Shown: one piece after another, positions 35,901 through 42,985 of the stretch | Layout of the letters: each line of letters starts with the position of its first letter | Numbering within the stretch: the stretch's first letter is position 1 | Origin: Gemmatimonadaceae bacterium | GTDB taxonomy: Bacteria; Gemmatimonadota; Gemmatimonadetes; Gemmatimonadales; Gemmatimonadaceae | DNA: 42,985 bases | Assembly (NCBI GenBank): GCA_035265545.1 | Contig: DATFOL010000164.1 | Coordinates: 1-42,985, forward strand | Reading direction: 5' to 3' | Program-made: the position numbers and the translations under genes | The notes under the pieces: model-generated | Told to the model about the DNA's origin: nothing | The model's database searches: none | What the model saw: the letters and a program-made list of their open reading frames with translations, nothing else

Positions 35901-36656
35901 ACGACCATGGGCCAGCTCGCCGGCTCCATCGCGCACGAGCTGCGGCAGCCGCTCGCCGCGATCGCGATGAACGGGAGCGCCGTCCTGCGCTGGCTCGGCC
36001 GCGAGAGCCCGAACCTTGCCGAAGCGCAGGAGGCAGCCGCGCGGGTCGTTCAAGATGCGGCGCGTGGAGACGACGTGATTCGCGGGCTCCGGGCGTTGCT
36101 CAGCAAATCTGACCCCCAGCGCCAATCGCTCGACGTCAACGACATCATTTACCAGGTGCTCGAGCTCGCGCGCGGTGAGCTCAAGCGAAACAACGTGACC
36201 GTTCAGGCTGACCTAGCACCGAAGCTGCCGCTTGTGCTCTGTGATCGGGTGCAGTTGCAGCAGGTGCTGCTGAATTTGATCGTGAACGCGATCGAGGCGA
36301 TGGGCAGCGTACCTGAGCGAACGAAGGTGCTCACGATTCGCAGCGCACGCGCCGACAGCGGGGAAGTGGCCGTCGCGGTCGAGGACACGGGCCCCGGTAT
36401 CGACCCGGCGACCGCAGACCGCGTCTTCCATCCGTTCTTCACCACGAAGGCGAACGGCTTGGGTCTGGGACTCTCGATCTGCCGTTCGATCGTGGATGCC
36501 CACGGCGGAGAGCTCTCGGCGATCCCGCGCTCACCTCATGGGACCACGTTCCGCTTCACCATTAAGGCAACCGCGGCATCGCAAGTCTCCGCTGCAGAGA
36601 CGCCGTATCCGCCTGCGTCGATCGCGACGACTGCTGTATCGCCCCCGCCCGCCTGA
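32994..36656 (+). CDS. Large membrane-anchored sensor histidine kinase: DUF4118-like TM module, 4 x PAS/PAC, GAF, PAS, HisKA, HATPase_c
   Basis: N-terminal TM bundle (AVLYLCLVVLVSLRGNLVPALLAAIGGTVVWDHFF). Five PAC-end/linker motifs: EDVTERKLAQE, NDVSVRKRAEEEL, MDITERERAAEAL, VDVTERKRAEEE, MDITARKRAEEAL. GAF-like block (RSIFDCDRLALLHP...). H-box LAGSIAHELRQPL, N-box LLNLIVNAIEAM, G1 DTGPGI, G2 GLGLGLSICR. ATG at 32994; the ORF is open to 32844. Confidence 0.88.
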   Translation: MSTTTMHRQLGITPRVAAETVATAAAVALLTWGIVRLHVRTEPAAVLYLCLVVLVSLRGNLVPALLAAIGGTVVWDHFFTSSSVGLIQRETRDVVALVALCVTAIVITRLVTALRTSEAHWRNAFENNPTMYFMVDPAGTVLSVNPFGAEQLGYAVDELVGQPVLSVVLEEDKAAAQAQVARCLSQIGQSLSWELRKVRRDGTMLWVRETARAVQRGRERPVVLIACEDVTERKLAQELLRDNEARLRRQASLLDLTHDAIFVRDLSSVIVYWNRGAEEMYGWSREEAMGQVTHDLLRTEFLEPLDRIVATVLRTGRWDGELSHTKRDGTRVVVASRWSVQRDEAGDPTGFLEINNDVSVRKRAEEELRRSEAFLTEAQRLSRTGSFGWNVSTGALYWSAETYRIFGVEPGTPPSIDLVLRRVHPEDRTDVQRTIEQAQREGRDFEHRYRLLMPDDSVRHLHVVARGVRDDTDRLEFVGAVMDITERERAAEALRRSESYLAEAQRLTHTGTFAIDPDTLQHTFTSEEMLRICGLDPAAGIPSQAVLMELVHPDDRDRLFPSMRQAFRAGERFETEYRLQLHDGTLKHLNLIAHPVFAAAGALVEHVGTVVDVTERKRAEEERQANLWFLESLERVNRAIQGANDVEHLMRDALDVTRSIFDCDRLALLHPCDPDAPSYRISMAGTRPEWPIEHADDLADIPLGDEYRHVFKAARASASPIHLDAHTDPPLPERASESGTRSALVIALQPKVDAPYLLELSQCSRARVWSEREERLLQEVGRRIADALATQLVLRDIRESARRYRNIFQMADVSIWEQDFSQVKAAIDELKAQGIRDFRRYFGEHPEFVARAVQLVQVIDVNDATLRLYGAQSKEELLVSLDKVFTPETLDVFVGELIAVAEGRTSFAAETVERTLGGERLDIAFTIAFPPEPTHLESVLVSIMDITARKRAEEALQRAQSELTRASTLTTMGQLAGSIAHELRQPLAAIAMNGSAVLRWLGRESPNLAEAQEAAARVVQDAARGDDVIRGLRALLSKSDPQRQSLDVNDIIYQVLELARGELKRNNVTVQADLAPKLPLVLCDRVQLQQVLLNLIVNAIEAMGSVPERTKVLTIRSARADSGEVAVAVEDTGPGIDPATADRVFHPFFTTKANGLGLGLSICRSIVDAHGGELSAIPRSPHGTTFRFTIKATAASQVSAAETPYPPASIATTAVSPPPA

Positions 36657-36745
36657 TGCGTCGCTGACCGACGGCCGTCGCGGCCGCGGCCCGATGCGAC
36701 AACCTGATCCAAGACCCTTCCACGGGTCACGCGTAGCCTCGAGGC

Positions 36746-39700
36746 ATGACAGTCGAGCACTCCGCCGTGCCTGTGTTCCTCGACCCGTCGGGCCGCCGGT
36801 GGCGCCGACTGCGCCGCGGCGCGCTCGCCCTCGGCGTGGTGTCGACCGTGATGGCAGGAATCCTCGTCGCCGGCGTGCTGATCCCTCCGCTCCTGCCAGC
36901 GAGCTCACGTGCGATGATGGAGCGTCAGCCGACCAGGCTGCCGCTGCTTGCCCTCACCCGGGCGGAGCGCGCGCGACTCGCTGCTCGGCGACGGCTCTTC
37001 GTCGCCCTCGCCCGATCCCAGACGGGCGAGGGCGCCACAGGAGGCATCTCGGTGCTGTCACTGGGCGGCGAGCGACGCGTCATCGATCGTTCGCCCGACG
37101 ACCCGATCGTCGCCGGCTTCTACGTGAATTGGGACGACAACTCCCTCGCTTCCTTCCGCGCGCACGCGGCCGAGCTGGACTGGGTCGTCTGCGAGTGGGC
37201 ATTCATCACCGACGCCGGCGACTCGCTGCGTTTCGCCGTCGACCGACGTGTCCTCGAGGTCGCGGGTCGCCTTCCACCCGCGCAGCGGCCGGGAGTGCTC
37301 GCGCTGGCCACCAACTTCGATTCTGCGTCGCAGCGCTTCGACCGCGTACGGCTACGCCGATTGGTGGCACGCCCGAGCAACCGAGCTCGCGCGGTCGCGC
37401 AGTTGACGGGCCTCGTGCGGCAATACGCGCTGACCGGGGTCACGGTGGACTTCGAGGACGTGCCGGATGAGCTGCAGCCAGGCGTCCTCACGTTCCTCCG
37501 CGAGCTCGCCGCGGCGATGCGCCCGCTCGGTGCGGTCGTCACCGCGGCGGTGCCACCGACGCTGACCGCCACACAGCTCCGCGAGTATGCGGAGACGACC
37601 TCGCATCTCTTCGCCATGCTGTACGACGAGCACTACGCTCGCGGCGATCCGGGTCCGATCGCGAGCCAGCGATGGTTCGTCGAGCAAGCAAGCCGAATGG
37701 CTCGGTACGTTCCGCCGGAGAAGCTCATCTTCGGCGTGGCCGCCTACGGGTATGACTGGAATGACGCGGACCCACGCGCCGCGGCGGACGAGGTCACCTT
37801 TCAGGACGTGATGATGGCAGCGCGAGAGAACCGCGCCGAGGTCCGCGTCGATGGGCGATCGCTCAACCCGTACCTGACCTGGACCGATCCGGATTCGACG
37901 GACCACGTCCTGTGGTATCTCGATGCGACCACCGTGTACAACGAGGCCGTCGCGGGCCGCGCGCTGGGCGCCGCTGGTTATGGAGTGTGGAGACTCGGGT
38001 CCGAAGACCCAGCACTATGGCGGGTCCTCACGAAGCACGGAGTGCGCGCACCGGTGCCGGCGCTCGAGGCAATTCCCACGCAGTACGACGTCGACTTTCA
38101 AGGCGCTGGCGAGATCCTCCGCGTGGAGTCGCGGCCGACCATTGGGCGCCGTGTCGTTCGTGTAGATCCCGGCACGGGGCTCGTTGTCGGCCAACGCGTG
38201 ATCACGTACCCGTCGCCATACGTAGTGAGGCGTGTCGGGGCGCGGCCGGGCAAGATCGCACTGACGTTCGACGACGGACCAGATGGTCGGTGGACGCCGA
38301 TGATCCTGGACACGCTCCGGTCGCGCGGAGCTCCCGCAACCTTCTTCGTGATCGGGCAGAACGTCGAGGCTCACCTTCCGCTCACCCGTCGAATCGTGCG
38401 TGAGGGACACGAGCTCGGGAACCACACCTTCACCCATCCCAACCTCGCGCTCACCACGCCGCTCGTCGCGCGTCTGGAGTTGGCAGCGACCGAGCGCATC
38501 ATCGAGGCAGCGGTCGACCGGCGCGCCGTGTTCTTTCGTCCGCCGTACTTCGGCGATGCCGAGCCGACCACCGCCGACGAGCTGGTGCCCGTGGGAATGG
38601 CCAGCGATCTCGGATACCTGACTGCCGGCCTCCACATCGATTCACAGGATTGGCGTCGGCCTGGTGTCGGCGCGATCGTCGACAACGTGCTCGCGCTTCG
38701 CACGCGCGGCAACGTGGTCCTGCTGCACGATGGTGGCGGCGACCGGAGCCAGACCATCGCGGCGCTCGGGCCGATGATCGATTCACTCCGAGCCCGAGGG
38801 GACACGCTCGTCCTGCTCTCAGCGCTCGCCGGTCTCTCACGCGCCGAGGCCATGCCGGCTCTCCCGCCCTCGGGCGTGGCCGTACGGATCGCCGAACTGT
38901 CCGCTTTCGGCGCACTCGGCACGTTCGAATGGGCACTGCAGTGGCTGTTGCTCGCTGCGGTCGTACTGGGATCGGGGCGCCTTCTCATTATCACGAGCCT
39001 CGCGCTCGCACAGCGGTTTCGCAGCCATCGGCGCGGCGGTACGGCTCGCCCTTACGAGCCGAGCGTCAGCGTCATCGTCCCCGCCTATCGGGAGGAGAGG
39101 GTGATCGCCAAGACGATCGCGAGCTTGCTCGACCAGGAGTACACCGGATTCCTCGAGGTGGTCGTCGTCGACGACGGATCCCCGGACCGCACCTACGAGG
39201 TTGCGCGCTCATCGTTTTCTGATCATTCGCGAGTGGCAGTGTATCGCAAGCCGAACGGTGGCAAAGCGAGTGCGCTCAACTTCGGCGTGGCCCGTGCCCG
39301 CGGTGAGATCGTGGTCGCCGTCGATGCGGACACGGTGTTCGCGCCGGATGCGGTGGCGCAGCTCGTGGCACCGCTCGCGGATCCACACGTTGGAGCCGTT
39401 GCCGGCAACGCGAAGGTGGGAAATCGGATCAACCTCGTCACTCGATGGCAGGCACTCGAGTACGTGACGAGCCAGAACCTCGACCGACGCGCCTTCGCGC
39501 TTCTCGACTGCATCACCGTGGTGCCCGGAGCGATCGGCGCCTGGCGTGCGGAGCTCGTGCGAGGGGTGGGTGGCTTCAGCGACGACACGCTCGCCGAGGA
39601 CCAGGACCTCACCCTGTCGATCCGGCGCTGTGGCTACGCCATCGCGTATGCGGACCGGGCCGTCGCCTATACGGAGGCACCCGACACGTTCCGCGGACTC

Positions 39701-40177
39701 ACCAGGCAACGCTTCCGGTGGAGCTTCGGGACCCTCCAGTGCATGTGGAAGCACCGTGACGCCCTCTTTCGCCGCCGATACGGGACACTCGGATTCGTCG
39801 CGATGCCCAACGTGTGGCTCTTTCAACTCGTCCTCACCGCGCTGTCGCCACTCGCGGATCTCGTATTCCTCTGGGGCCTGCTCAGCGTGTGGTTGGTGCG
39901 CCAGGAGCACGGCGCCACCTACGCGCTCGTGAATCTGGAGCAGGTGCTCGGATTGTACGCGGTGTTCCTCCTCGTGGATTGGGCCGCTGGGATGGTCGCC
40001 TTTCTGCTCGAGCTGGGGGAAGACCGCCGGCTGACGTGGCTGATCCTGATCCAGCGTTTCGCCTATCGGCAGGTCGTGTACTGGGTGGTCGTTCAGTCCT
40101 TCCTTGCGGCCGTGCGAGGGCGGCTGGTCGGTTGGGGCACGTTGGAGCGGAAGGCGACGGTCGCCCTACCCGCATGA
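36746..40177 (+). CDS. Trifunctional membrane protein: GH18-like glycoside hydrolase + CE4 (NodB) polysaccharide deacetylase + processive family-2 glycosyltransferase (PgaC/IcaA/NodC-like)
   Basis: TM1 at aa ~25-50 after RRWRRLRRG. GH18-like domain at aa ~120-430 (IVAGFYVNWDD, GVTVDFEDV with D235-x-E237, YGYDW, GYGVWRLGSEDP). CE4 motifs TFDDGP, HELGNHTFTHP, RPPY, DSQDW and LLHDGG (aa ~500-695). TM at aa ~730-755. GT2 motifs VIVPAYREE, VVVVDDGSPD, VDADT, LAEDQDL and QRFRWSFG (aa ~772-1000). C-terminal TM bundle at aa ~1015-1125. Confidence 0.85.
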   Translation: MTVEHSAVPVFLDPSGRRWRRLRRGALALGVVSTVMAGILVAGVLIPPLLPASSRAMMERQPTRLPLLALTRAERARLAARRRLFVALARSQTGEGATGGISVLSLGGERRVIDRSPDDPIVAGFYVNWDDNSLASFRAHAAELDWVVCEWAFITDAGDSLRFAVDRRVLEVAGRLPPAQRPGVLALATNFDSASQRFDRVRLRRLVARPSNRARAVAQLTGLVRQYALTGVTVDFEDVPDELQPGVLTFLRELAAAMRPLGAVVTAAVPPTLTATQLREYAETTSHLFAMLYDEHYARGDPGPIASQRWFVEQASRMARYVPPEKLIFGVAAYGYDWNDADPRAAADEVTFQDVMMAARENRAEVRVDGRSLNPYLTWTDPDSTDHVLWYLDATTVYNEAVAGRALGAAGYGVWRLGSEDPALWRVLTKHGVRAPVPALEAIPTQYDVDFQGAGEILRVESRPTIGRRVVRVDPGTGLVVGQRVITYPSPYVVRRVGARPGKIALTFDDGPDGRWTPMILDTLRSRGAPATFFVIGQNVEAHLPLTRRIVREGHELGNHTFTHPNLALTTPLVARLELAATERIIEAAVDRRAVFFRPPYFGDAEPTTADELVPVGMASDLGYLTAGLHIDSQDWRRPGVGAIVDNVLALRTRGNVVLLHDGGGDRSQTIAALGPMIDSLRARGDTLVLLSALAGLSRAEAMPALPPSGVAVRIAELSAFGALGTFEWALQWLLLAAVVLGSGRLLIITSLALAQRFRSHRRGGTARPYEPSVSVIVPAYREERVIAKTIASLLDQEYTGFLEVVVVDDGSPDRTYEVARSSFSDHSRVAVYRKPNGGKASALNFGVARARGEIVVAVDADTVFAPDAVAQLVAPLADPHVGAVAGNAKVGNRINLVTRWQALEYVTSQNLDRRAFALLDCITVVPGAIGAWRAELVRGVGGFSDDTLAEDQDLTLSIRRCGYAIAYADRAVAYTEAPDTFRGLTRQRFRWSFGTLQCMWKHRDALFRRRYGTLGFVAMPNVWLFQLVLTALSPLADLVFLWGLLSVWLVRQEHGATYALVNLEQVLGLYAVFLLVDWAAGMVAFLLELGEDRRLTWLILIQRFAYRQVVYWVVVQSFLAAVRGRLVGWGTLERKATVALPA

Positions 40178-40220
40178 TGAAACCAGCACTCGGAGCGCGC
40201 GCGCGATCGGCGAAGAGCTC

Positions 40221-40726
40221 ATGAGCACTGGCGACGACGAGGCCTCGATTCGCTGGACGGCCGCTGCGCCTGATCCGCCCGGGATGGAGCCCCGATGGAC
40301 CTCGAGCGCGAAGAGCGGCATCGGCACTGCACTCGATGGGCGGAGTCGCGTCTGGTTCGCGGTGTCACACGGGATCGTCGACGAGGTGTATTACCCGCGC
40401 GTGGACCAGGCGAACACACGCGACATGGGGCTGATCGTGACCGCCTCGGGCATGACGGATGGCAGGGCGACCTTCTTCTCCGAGGAGAAGAGGGACACGC
40501 GGAGTGTCGTGCAGTTGCTCGGGCCTGGAGTGCCTGGCTACCGACTGATCAACACGTGCGTGCACGAGCAGTATCGCATCGTGAAGACCGTCGTCACCGA
40601 TCCTGAGCGGGACGTGCTGGTCCAGCACGTTCGCTTCGAATCGTTGATCGGCTCCCGCTGCTCGGCGGCGCGCAGGACTACAACAGCGTGTACATCGTGC
40701 GACTGCCGTCACCGCTGAAGGACTGA
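40221..40726 (+). pseudogene. Glucoamylase/glucodextranase (GH15) N-terminal fragment, frameshifted and truncated
   Basis: PPGMEPRWTSSAKSGIGTALDGRSRVWFAVSHGIVDEVYYPRVDQANTRDMGLIVT...FFSEEKRDTRS...GYRLINTCVHEQYRIVKTVVTDPERDVLVQHVRFESL matches the very conserved start of bacterial GH15 enzymes. Near 40646 the family-like sequence continues in another frame (PLLGGAQDYNSVYIV...) and stops at 40724-40726. The whole (alpha/alpha)6 catalytic domain is missing. Confidence 0.7.
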
Positions 40727-40839
40727 CGCTCCCTCGCCCCGAGGAAGGCTCACGCGTCTGTTCCCGGGTCGCCGGGCGCGTGGGCCTGTCCGCGTCACCC
40801 TGTCCGCCTGCGTCGAAGGGCCGTTGTCTGGTGAATGAT

Positions 40840-41349
40840 CTATTTGGCCAGACGGCGCAGAATGGCTGGCGGGAGAGACCAGAGCAACGTCGCACTGCCC
40901 ATCTTCGGCAGCCCATCGAACTGCAGCAGGCAGGCGCCTCCCTTACGCAGCTCGATCCGTCCCTCCACCGTCTCGCCGGTGACGAGCCAGCTCACAAGCG
41001 ACGACAGGTGCGGATCGTGCCCGACCGCCGCGACGCGGTCGTTCGGATCTCGTTGGCGCAGCCACGCCATGAACTTGCGCGGCGTACCGGCTGGCGTCAG
41101 GGCATCGAGGTGCTCCATCGTGGCGTCACTATACTCGTCGGCCAGGATCTCCGCGGTCTGTAGGGCTCGCGTGAAAGGACTCGTCGCGATCACGTCGATC
41201 GACGGGAGCACACGCCGCAATCCCTTCGTCGCCTGCTTCAGCTTCCACCGGCCTTCCTTCGTGAGGGGCCGGAGCGAGTCGTCTTCGTCCGTCGCCGCAA
41301 ATTCCTCCCTGTCTTCCGCCACGCCGTGCCGCATCACGAGCAACTCCAC
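40840..41349 (-). CDS. sixA: Phosphohistidine phosphatase SixA
   Basis: 169 aa. N-terminal RHG motif (LLVMRHGVAEDR), ...RPLT..G......A..L......D.I..SP..RA.QTAEI, and second His context AAVGHDPHLSSL. Confidence 0.8.
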   Translation of the reverse strand: MELLVMRHGVAEDREEFAATDEDDSLRPLTKEGRWKLKQATKGLRRVLPSIDVIATSPFTRALQTAEILADEYSDATMEHLDALTPAGTPRKFMAWLRQRDPNDRVAAVGHDPHLSSLVSWLVTGETVEGRIELRKGGACLLQFDGLPKMGSATLLWSLPPAILRRLAK

Positions 41350-41433
41350 GATGGTCCTCGATAAATAGTAGTCTGCGAGAGCGCCGCGTTACCGACTGTC
41401 GCTCGGCCGGACGCTGCAAGAATCCTGACGATA

Positions 41434-41886
41434 TCAGAGGAGAGGGAAAGAGGACACCTCGACGGGGCGGTTGTTACACAGCACCGACCCGCCCTCGCGG
41501 GCCACTCGAGTCCCCCTGCCCACCTTCTGGCCAGGACACAACTGCTCGATGCCCTGGGTGCAGTACGAGCACTCGAAACACGCCTCCTGCTGGTAACCGA
41601 CGCCCACCCGATCACCACTCCGAAGCTCGGAAACGTCGGACCCGGCCTCCTCGACGATGCCGACGATCTCATGGCCCGGGACCAGAGGAAACCGCGTGTC
41701 TCCCCAGTCGTTGTCGATATACTGGATGTCGCCCCTCGCGAGGCTGCAGTGTGTGATCCTCACCAGGACGTCACGGCTGCCCAGCGCTCGCTGATACGAG
41801 AAGCGCTCGGCCGCTCCGCCTTTCGATCTGATGGCGTAGGCACGGATCTCCATCATCACGTGGCGCTCACCTCCGGCGATGGACAC
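41434..41886 (-). pseudogene. Zn-dependent alcohol dehydrogenase (CAD/YahK-like) N-terminal GroES-like fragment, lacking the Rossmann domain
   Basis: MEIRAYAI...DVLVRITHCSLARGDI...FPLVPGHEIVGIVEEAGSDVSELRSGDRVGVGY with the structural-Zn motif CFECSYCTQGIEQLC. After about aa 120-130 the sequence loses family character and stops at 150 aa. No GxGxxG nucleotide-binding domain follows. Confidence 0.65.
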
Positions 41887-41912
41887 GCGGTGTGCTCATC
41901 GACGCCCTCTCC

Positions 41913-42704
41913 TCAGCGACGGCGTGCCGTGACGATCCAGGCACGAGAGTCGAACCACACCCCATCACGGCCGGCGTGAGCGGCAAGTGTCTGGCGCAGG
42001 TGCTCGCGGGCGCGCGCCGTCGAGTCGGTATCCATACCTCGTAGCGCATCGCTGACACATGAGAAGCCACAGACCCATTCGAGCGCCGCAGCAACGTCCG
42101 GACCGTAGTACACGGGTTCGTGCACGTCGGTGAACGTTGCCTCGCTGAAGCCGGCGCTGTCGAGGACCTGCTCCGTGGTGGTCGGGTCGGCGAGGGAGAA
42201 TGGATCGAGCGCTCCCCGAGTGGCATCGGGGACGTCCGCGACGCCCGCGAGGGCTCGCTGGATCGACACGGACCACTCGTTTCGACGGTGCTCCTGCCAC
42301 ACCATCATCACCAGGCGTCCATCGCGGCGAATGGCCCGCGCGATGTTGGTGAACGCCGCAACCGGGTCACCGAAGAACATCGTTCCGAATGTGCTGATGG
42401 CGACGTCGAAGCGCTCCGCCGGAAAGCGATGGGTCTCGGCGTCGGCGTGCTCGAAGCTGACGTTGTGCAACCCTTCAGCTTCCGTCAGCCGGCGGGCTCG
42501 CTCGATCATCGGCGCGGAGATGTCTATCCCCACCACATTGCCATCGACGGCCGACCGTGCCGCGTCGCGTGTCGTCTGCCCGGCGCCGCACCCGATGTCG
42601 AGGACGTGGTCGTGGGGACGAATGCCGTACGCTTGGCGCAGCACCTGGTGATGCATGCGCAGCTCGGCATCATAGTCGACGCGACTGAGCTCGTGTCCCG
42701 TCAC
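41913..42704 (-). CDS. Class I SAM-dependent methyltransferase
   Basis: Motif I VLDIGCGAGQTT, post-I VVGIDISAPMIERA, then FDVAISTFGTMFF and RDGRLVMMVW. 263 aa. Confidence 0.8.
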   Translation of the reverse strand: MTGHELSRVDYDAELRMHHQVLRQAYGIRPHDHVLDIGCGAGQTTRDAARSAVDGNVVGIDISAPMIERARRLTEAEGLHNVSFEHADAETHRFPAERFDVAISTFGTMFFGDPVAAFTNIARAIRRDGRLVMMVWQEHRRNEWSVSIQRALAGVADVPDATRGALDPFSLADPTTTEQVLDSAGFSEATFTDVHEPVYYGPDVAAALEWVCGFSCVSDALRGMDTDSTARAREHLRQTLAAHAGRDGVWFDSRAWIVTARRR

Positions 42705-42741
42705 CGGCCGATAGGTTCCGCATCATGCGCCGGCGCGGCGA

Positions 42742-42985
42742 TCATTTGGCATCGAGCCTCGCGTGCGCGCGAACCGGGAACGTGCCCATCCCCAGGATCT
42801 TCGGCGGCACCGCCCAGAAGTGGAACCCGTCGATCGGCAGTGCCCCGAGCCCCGTGAGATGCTCGACGATCGGGATGCCGGCGCCGAGCAGCACGGTGTG
42901 CACGGGCCGCGTTCCGTCGTCCGTGGAATCGATGTTGAAGGAGTCGATCCCCACGAGCGCCGCGCCCTGATCGCGCAGATACTCC
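42742..42985 (-). CDS. Cyclase-family protein (arylformamidase/kynurenine formamidase-like), C-terminal fragment (5' end outside window)
   Basis: The frame is open to the window edge. ...EYLRDQGAALVGIDSFNIDSTDDGTRPVHTVLLGAGIPIVEHLTGLGALP..GFHFWAVPPKILGMGTFPVRA resembles the C-terminal part of the putative cyclase family. Confidence 0.6.
   Translation of the reverse strand, partial: EYLRDQGAALVGIDSFNIDSTDDGTRPVHTVLLGAGIPIVEHLTGLGALPIDGFHFWAVPPKILGMGTFPVRAHARLDAK

Noticed and set aside
33708-36125. 805-aa minus-strand ORF antisense to the multi-PAS kinase
   Set aside because: The translation is low-complexity and Arg/Ala/Gly/Pro/Leu-rich, with no motifs. It overlaps a plus-strand gene that has clear PAS/GAF/HisKA/HATPase signatures. 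Long stop-free antisense frames are expected in high-GC DNA.

Overview
High-GC bacterial chromosomal segment. The gene content (CarboxypepD_reg-type TonB receptor, DUF4136 lipoprotein, Ser/Thr kinase with a TolB-N-like ectodomain) suggests a Gemmatimonadota- or Acidobacteriota-like diderm; this is inference only. I support about 37 genes: one tRNA-Phe and 36 coding regions or fragments. I saw no rRNA, CRISPR array, transposase, integrase or phage genes. The window is dominated by envelope and signalling functions. From left to right: an ABC ATPase tail, an SRPBCC protein, tRNA-Phe, a TonB-dependent receptor divergent from a DHA2 MFS pump, then a co-directional minus-strand block (DUF4136 lipoprotein, Ser/Thr kinase, orphan histidine kinase, mprF, VirJ/AcvB-like hydrolase). 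Next come two secreted proteins of unknown function, an OMF-MFP-RND efflux operon, an ECF sigma factor with no anti-sigma gene, and a NarL-type regulator followed by HtrA/DegP and a YflT-like stress protein. After that lie a FixJ-RR / CheY-RR / PAS-GAF-HisKA_3 kinase / mgtE operon and an AraC regulator with three tightly coupled small genes. These are followed by a 1220-aa multi-PAS kinase, a 1143-aa GH18-like/CE4/GT2 fusion protein, sixA, a methyltransferase and a cyclase-family fragment. The most unusual item is the single-polypeptide hydrolase + deacetylase + processive synthase, a PNAG-like exopolysaccharide machine in one chain. Also notable: three clearly truncated gene remnants within about 10 kb (alpha/beta hydrolase, GH15 glucoamylase, Zn-ADH), the AraC four-gene cassette that abuts one breakpoint, and mprF-acvB sitting directly behind an orphan kinase and a Hanks kinase. 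I found no defence-system-like or otherwise clearly novel multi-gene system. All family calls rest on motif recognition by eye; no BLAST or HMM search was possible. Start codons are the least certain coordinates.
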